IMG/VR virus record: IMGVR_UViG_3300042691_019786
DNA length: 64,000 bases
Source of the DNA: a virus
Direction: 5' to 3' (one strand)
Below the pieces are notes generated by a model. The model ran no database searches, had not been told where the DNA came from, and saw only the letters and a program-made list of their open reading frames with translations. Below, piece by piece: positions 58,628-64,000 of the stretch; positions within the stretch are counted from its first letter, which is position 1, and each line of letters begins with the position of its first letter. Position numbers and translations under genes: made by a program.

Positions 58628-58636
58628 ATATAACTT

Positions 58637-59023
58637 TTATCCTATTGTTGATTTTAATTTATTAACTGGGTATAAAAACTCATTATTTTCTTCAAAATCA
58701 TTATCGTCATCTTCTTCTTCCTCTTCTTTTACTTCTAACGCTCTAACTTTTTGCCATCTTTTGATAGTTTTAGCTAAATTCATAACGTTAACATTTTTAT
58801 CTAACACAACTGTTTTAAATAAAAATACAACAGTAACAACTAAAACTATAGGTACAATAATTAAAGATATAAAAAATCCTAACGTTCTAACACCATAATA
58901 CATTACTTTATAGATTAGACTCAAACTTTTTATTTCATCATTTTGTTTAGCAACATCATTATTATTTAATTCATCTTGCTTGTTAAGCATGTTGTTTTTG
59001 TCATTTTTACAATTACATCCCAT
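58637..59023 (-). CDS. membrane protein with MGCNCK N-terminus
   Basis: long hydrophobic segment; acidic C-terminus. Confidence 0.7.
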   Translation of the reverse strand: MGCNCKNDKNNMLNKQDELNNNDVAKQNDEIKSLSLIYKVMYYGVRTLGFFISLIIVPIVLVVTVVFLFKTVVLDKNVNVMNLAKTIKRWQKVRALEVKEEEEEDDDNDFEENNEFLYPVNKLKSTIG

Positions 59024-59090
59024 TTTTCTATATTTTTTAAAACTTATTATTTAAATTAAAAATATCATTTTTTTAAATATAAGTAAATAA

Positions 59091-60902
59091 TTATTTAACC
59101 CTTACTCTAATATCTGTTGGGAATTTTATTTCAAACATAGATGTTGGTTCACCAAACAATGTATAATCAGCGCTAATGTCAATTAATCTAGTTTCAACAT
59201 CTAAATAAGGTTGTGAAATTTCATTTAAACTATATTTGTTTTCACCAACTTTGTTGTATACTGATATGTTAGTTACGTTTAAAACCCCACCAATATTATT
59301 AATAACTTCAATCAATGGTGATAAATAAATATTATCACCCATGTCAAATTTATTAATGTCCATACATTCTTTAGTCTTATTAATAATTTCAGAAATAATT
59401 TGAGATTGTGGGACTTTTTTATCAATCATAACATCATAATCAATAGCTAAATTAATAACCCTACCATCTTTTATTTGAACATAGTCGTTTAACATTCTAT
59501 AGTCTGCTAAATAGTTTGATATGTTTTCCTTTAAAGTTGTATTTGATTCGTTAGATAACCTACCATTTTGGTCTAGAGTTAAAATATAAACAGAAATTTT
59601 ATTTCTATCTTCAAACACACCATTTCTGAATGGTGTTCCGAAAAGACCTGGCATTTGTGCTATTCTATTTTGGTAATCTTTTATTGTTACAGCTCTGTTT
59701 TGCGCTGCAAAATTATATTTAACCATATATCTTATTTCTTCATTTGAAGGTGCATCTTTACCTCCAATTGCTGGTAATACATTGTTTACTTTTAATGTTT
59801 TTCTAACAGTTTGATTTATGTTTGCTAAAGGACCATTAATTGTTATATCTAAAGTTCCAATATTTGTAATAGTGTTAGGTCCAACATTAGTGTCACTACC
59901 ACCACCAACACGATATTTAATAAATAATGTCGTATTTGCTGTGTGTACTTCACCTAAAGACATATTGTTTATAAAATTACCTATTTGATTAACTAAAGAA
60001 GGGTCAACATTAAAGTCACATAAACTACTTATGTTTTGAGAACCAGCTCCAAAAGTTATTTTTGTGAATCCTAAATCTGTATATTCTCTAATAAATTTTT
60101 TTGTTGTTGATATCCATTTACCTGGTGTTACCGTTGTGTTTAAAGATGTTCTATTGTTATCTGTAACGAATACTTTATCTTCTGATAAAGATGGCATTTC
60201 AAACCATCTAATATTACTATTATTAAATTGAGCGTTTGAAGGTTGGCCTTGTAAATTAGTACCTGGTAACGTAATACATGATGTAACTTCTACAACGTCA
60301 TTATCTGGTAAAATAATTTCTAAAAAAGGTACAACATCTTGTTGTGTAATTACTCTTTTAAATATCTTGGTAAACCCATTTGTTACCATTTCTCTTTTTG
60401 TTAGCGTGTAGTTAATTACAGTACCATTGGCATTGATGTTAGGTAATACAATTCTATTAGGAATACCGTTTTTATTAAATGGACTTGAAAAATCTACATC
60501 ATAAAGTAATTCAAAAACTTTACCAGCGCCATTAAATTGTGAACCAGCTCTAATCAATGGTGCATATGACACATCAAAAGTATCACCAAATACTGGTATT
60601 GTAACACTTATATCTACAATAGTTGAGCTAGAGCGTTTGTTAGGTATGTTTAACCCAAATGTTCTAGCTAATGATAATAATGAATGTCTTTCTTGCGCAT
60701 AATCAATCTGTGTTTCAGCAAACATTCTATCAGTATTATGTGATAACATATCACCAACAGCGGAGTTTAATTCTAATAACATCATACCGACAGCAGCATC
60801 ATTAAAATCACTATATATTTCTGGGTAATATTGTCTAACGTAATTAACTAAGTCGTTTCTAATGTCGGCAAAGTTTCTAGAGTCGTAATTTACATTTGGC
60901 AT
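59091..60902 (-). CDS. baseplate wedge protein (T4 gp6/J-like)
   Basis: Y..RNFADIR..L, YRVGGG...NV, AAQNRAVTIKDY motifs; follows gp25-like gene. Confidence 0.88.
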   Translation of the reverse strand: MPNVNYDSRNFADIRNDLVNYVRQYYPEIYSDFNDAAVGMMLLELNSAVGDMLSHNTDRMFAETQIDYAQERHSLLSLARTFGLNIPNKRSSSTIVDISVTIPVFGDTFDVSYAPLIRAGSQFNGAGKVFELLYDVDFSSPFNKNGIPNRIVLPNINANGTVINYTLTKREMVTNGFTKIFKRVITQQDVVPFLEIILPDNDVVEVTSCITLPGTNLQGQPSNAQFNNSNIRWFEMPSLSEDKVFVTDNNRTSLNTTVTPGKWISTTKKFIREYTDLGFTKITFGAGSQNISSLCDFNVDPSLVNQIGNFINNMSLGEVHTANTTLFIKYRVGGGSDTNVGPNTITNIGTLDITINGPLANINQTVRKTLKVNNVLPAIGGKDAPSNEEIRYMVKYNFAAQNRAVTIKDYQNRIAQMPGLFGTPFRNGVFEDRNKISVYILTLDQNGRLSNESNTTLKENISNYLADYRMLNDYVQIKDGRVINLAIDYDVMIDKKVPQSQIISEIINKTKECMDINKFDMGDNIYLSPLIEVINNIGGVLNVTNISVYNKVGENKYSLNEISQPYLDVETRLIDISADYTLFGEPTSMFEIKFPTDIRVRVK

Positions 60903-60906
60903 AAAA

Positions 60907-61287
60907 TTATATTTTAATTACTATTATATCAGTTGTATCAAAAACGCCATCAGTTATAACATATTGCATAGTTACAACAGCAGCGTAGTCACTTTCATCA
61001 GATGGTTCAATTTTTAATTCAGTAAAGGTTAATTTTGGTAAAAATTTTTTCGTTACACTTCTTATCTCTTCTAAAATTCCAGCATATGTTAATTCGTCAT
61101 TTGGTTCAAAGATAAATTTTAATAAATTTGTTCCAAAATCGGGCATATATAATCTTTGACCTCTTTGAGTCAATATTAAATGTAGTAAATCAGCTTTTAT
61201 TGCTTGATTTGGGTCTACATTTAAATCTAAGAAAAACCCTTTCTTACTATCCTTAAAAGGGTAGTTTATATTAACCGATTGAGCCAT
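60907..61287 (-). CDS. baseplate protein gp25/GPW-like
   Basis: IKADL.HLILT.RGQRLYMPDFGTNL..FIFEP signature. Confidence 0.9.
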   Translation of the reverse strand: MAQSVNINYPFKDSKKGFFLDLNVDPNQAIKADLLHLILTQRGQRLYMPDFGTNLLKFIFEPNDELTYAGILEEIRSVTKKFLPKLTFTELKIEPSDESDYAAVVTMQYVITDGVFDTTDIIVIKI

Positions 61288-61361
61288 GTTTTATTTTTTT
61301 TAATATATTATTTATAGATAAATATAATAATTAAAAATTTTTATAAGTAAATATGGTAAAT

Positions 61362-61391
61362 AAAAAAAAGGGACTTAATAAGCCCCTTTTT
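61362..61391 (-). terminator. intrinsic terminator after nrdA
   Basis: aaaaaaaggg-acttaataag-cccctttt. Confidence 0.75.
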
Positions 61392-61412
61392 AATTATTAT
61401 TTTTTGAATTTG

Positions 61413-63566
61413 TTAAGCTGAACATCCAAAACATTCAAATTGACTGTCTTTTGGTTTTTCAACTTGAGCTACTTGGCTACTAGCTAATTTTTTATTAGCA
61501 TCCAATTTAGATTTAGTTCTAGTGTAATAAACACCAGTTTTTAAACCACCTTTCCATGCATACATAAGCGCTGACGCTATTTTAGCATATTTAGCATCTG
61601 AATGATAAACATTTAATGATTGTGATTGGTCAACATACTTGTTTCTGATAATAGACAAATCCAACAATACTCTTTGTGGTATTTCCCAAACATCTTTGTA
61701 TCTTAATCTGATGTCTTCTGGTATTTCCACAATGTTTTGAATACTACCTTGATTTCCAATAACTTTATCAATCATATCTCTATCCCATAAACCTAATTCT
61801 AACAATTCATTCACTAGGTATTTGTTAACAATCAAGAATTCGCCTTGACCTACACGTCTAGTAAACAAGTTAGCAGTAACTGGTTCAAATGATTCAAATA
61901 CACCTAATAAAATAGCAGACGATGCTGTTGGCATAAGTGCTAACAATAAACTATTTAACATTGGGATTGGTTCTCCTTCTGATAGAGGTGACCAACCTTC
62001 AATATAAGTTTTACCTTCTGAATATGGACTACCTTCCCACGCTGGATAATTTCTTCCTTGTTCAATAGCCAATCTCATTGATTCTTCAACAGCAGCTTTA
62101 TACATTGTTTCAAAGATATCTTTGTTCCATTGTTTAGCTTCTTCAGATTCATAAGATATTTTTTTCTTAGCAAAGAAATCAGCCATACCAGCAACACCAA
62201 TCGCTAACGCTCTTTGGTCTTCGCCAGCAGCTTTACTCCAATCGTCTGACCATTTATTTTTGTCTATTACCTTATTTAAAGCCTTTACAAGAACTTTTGT
62301 AGTCTTAGCAATAGTTTCTAGTGTGTCATGTTCAGATAAGTTAACAGAAGCCAGCGTACACTGCGGAGTGTATTTTGGTCTTGACGCTTGGAACACTTCA
62401 ATACAAAGATTACTTTGTTTAATTATTCCAATATTTCTTTGCATGTTATTTTTGTTAGCGTTATCTTTGAACATCACATAAGGTTTACCACTTTCAACTT
62501 GTGATTTTATGATTGAGTCGAAAATAGTTTTAGGGCTAACTTTTTTACCTAAACCTAATTCAACAGCTTTGTTATATTCAGCAACAAATGCATCACCATG
62601 TAATTCATATAACGGTGTTAACCCAGCTTTTTTGATATCGTTAGGACAGAATGTATACCAATCTTCATTATTCTGTAATTTTTCCATGAATAAATCGTTA
62701 ATAACAACAGATGTAAATAAATCTCTAGTTCTTAATTGTTCATCACCAATTGGTAACGTTAAATCTAAGAAATCTAATATATCTCTATGCCATACTGATA
62801 GGTATAATGCACAACTTCCAGAACGAGAACCTTGTTTATAGAATCTCATTTTAGATTGAACCATATCAGCTAATCTAATAACACCACCAGCATTACCTTT
62901 GAATGATTCAACGATACTATCTTTACTGCGTAAGTTATCAATTAATAAACCAATACCAGAACCTTCTTTAGATGCAGCTGCTATCTTTGTAAGTGTTTCT
63001 TCGATACCTTCAAATGAATCTTCATCTAAATGTGTTAGGTTACATGAAATCATACCATTTCTCTCTGGAACACCAGCGTTTGTATAAGTTGGTGTTGCAA
63101 AGTTTCCACGTTTTGACATTATTTCTTCTAACAATTCTAAACGGTCAGCTTCATTGTCATCATGTAAATAACCAGAAACACGATTATACATACATGATGG
63201 TAATTCAGTTGGCGTTTTCTTATCATCTTTCAATGAATATTTTGAAAGGAAAGTTGTTGCAGCAAAGAAATCATAAGTTAAATCAACTGGTTGTAATTCT
63301 TTACCAACTAATTTTGATTGTCTAGATAAAAGAATCCTACCCCCTAACAATGAATAGTCTGGGTGTTGGATTACTTTATCTGCTGCTTTAAAAGCGATTA
63401 TTTCATCAATTTCAGTTGTTGTGATATTATCACTAATCAACGGAATAACTTCTTGAAATAAAGTATCTGAATCAACTTTAAGTCCTTTGGCTTGTGTTTT
63501 GATTCTAGTTAAAATTTTATTCGGTGTAAACGCTTGTGACGTTTTGTCTCTTTTTAATATTCTCAT
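61413..63566 (-). CDS. nrdA: ribonucleotide reductase class Ia large subunit
   Basis: N-terminal ATP cone, ATPT, ISC, SNLCIE, MPTASS, KTGVYY, C-terminal CFGCSA. Confidence 0.96.
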   Translation of the reverse strand: MRILKRDKTSQAFTPNKILTRIKTQAKGLKVDSDTLFQEVIPLISDNITTTEIDEIIAFKAADKVIQHPDYSLLGGRILLSRQSKLVGKELQPVDLTYDFFAATTFLSKYSLKDDKKTPTELPSCMYNRVSGYLHDDNEADRLELLEEIMSKRGNFATPTYTNAGVPERNGMISCNLTHLDEDSFEGIEETLTKIAAASKEGSGIGLLIDNLRSKDSIVESFKGNAGGVIRLADMVQSKMRFYKQGSRSGSCALYLSVWHRDILDFLDLTLPIGDEQLRTRDLFTSVVINDLFMEKLQNNEDWYTFCPNDIKKAGLTPLYELHGDAFVAEYNKAVELGLGKKVSPKTIFDSIIKSQVESGKPYVMFKDNANKNNMQRNIGIIKQSNLCIEVFQASRPKYTPQCTLASVNLSEHDTLETIAKTTKVLVKALNKVIDKNKWSDDWSKAAGEDQRALAIGVAGMADFFAKKKISYESEEAKQWNKDIFETMYKAAVEESMRLAIEQGRNYPAWEGSPYSEGKTYIEGWSPLSEGEPIPMLNSLLLALMPTASSAILLGVFESFEPVTANLFTRRVGQGEFLIVNKYLVNELLELGLWDRDMIDKVIGNQGSIQNIVEIPEDIRLRYKDVWEIPQRVLLDLSIIRNKYVDQSQSLNVYHSDAKYAKIASALMYAWKGGLKTGVYYTRTKSKLDANKKLASSQVAQVEKPKDSQFECFGCSA

Positions 63567-63579
63567 AATTTACATTCTT

Positions 63580-64000
63580 TTAAAATTCTTCATCAAACAT
63601 ACCATCAATAGTTGTTGGTATTTCCACTCTTGTATATTCACCTTCTCTTTTTTCAAAGAAGTTATTTTTAGAAGATAAACCAATTCTTGACATATATTCT
63701 AATGGGTTTCTTACATTAAACTCTACTGGACATCCAAAATCATTCAATACTATATCTGTAACATATTGAACATATTTAATCATGTCTTGTTTTGTCAAAC
63801 CTTGTAACCCTTCTGGCATACTTTCTTCAATAAATGTTTTTTCTACTTCGTAACAACCTAAAACTATATTTCTAATTTCATCTTTTGACAATTTGTATTC
63901 GTCTTTAAGATAGTTTTTATACAATTTAAGTGCGAACTCATAGTGAAACGTTTCATCACGTAAAATCAACTCATTCATTGCAGCAAGACCAGGCATTTTG
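63580..64000 (-). CDS. nrdB: ribonucleotide reductase small subunit, 3' part (truncated by window edge)
   Basis: NELILRDETFH (second ExxH), NNFFEKR..EY; directly upstream of nrdA. Confidence 0.92.
   Translation of the reverse strand, partial: KMPGLAAMNELILRDETFHYEFALKLYKNYLKDEYKLSKDEIRNIVLGCYEVEKTFIEESMPEGLQGLTKQDMIKYVQYVTDIVLNDFGCPVEFNVRNPLEYMSRIGLSSKNNFFEKREGEYTRVEIPTTIDGMFDEEF

Noticed and set aside
2710-63678. Numerous short plus-strand ORFs (e.g. 3011-3340, 8547-9002, 19504-19953, 62509-62841) and nested minus-strand ORFs (3681-3881, 38251-38436, 45461-45757, 49464-49667)
   Set aside because: They are antisense or out-of-frame shadows of well-supported genes, with no recognisable motifs.
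1-64000. Stop-codon reassignment (alternative genetic code)
   Set aside because: Conserved genes are full length in the standard code and TAA, TAG and TGA all terminate genes.

Overview
AT-rich, densely coded window, almost entirely on the minus strand, most consistent with part of a large (jumbo-type) contractile-tailed phage infecting Bacteroidota. The host call rests on repeated TTG-N19/20-TAnnTTTG promoters and on Bacteroidota-like ClpP, Hc1 and sigma factor genes. In coordinate order it contains: (1) a host-like proteostasis cluster (tmRNA with an unusually long 25-codon tag, ClpP, DnaJ); (2) a Ro60/TROVE-like DUF2828-vWA gene followed by an unannotated structured ~190-nt RNA candidate; (3) two lipoproteins, RNase HII and Hc1; (4) a complete two-component system (TM-GAF-PAS histidine kinase plus single-domain receiver) translationally coupled to a 2-TM protein and a YkuD-like cell-wall enzyme; (5) a lysozyme flanked by two GIY-YIG homing endonucleases, with orphaned 5' and 3' fragments of an earlier lysozyme allele outside them; (6) putative internal head proteins, a tail-tube-like protein and a degenerate amidase; (7) a sigma factor, SbcCD, exonuclease, primase and RuvC-like resolvase; (8) a ~27 kb baseplate/tail structural block; (9) ribonucleotide reductase nrdA and partial nrdB. 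A TATTTAT motif upstream of many genes is a candidate phage late promoter. Family assignments come from motif recognition by eye; no database searches were run.
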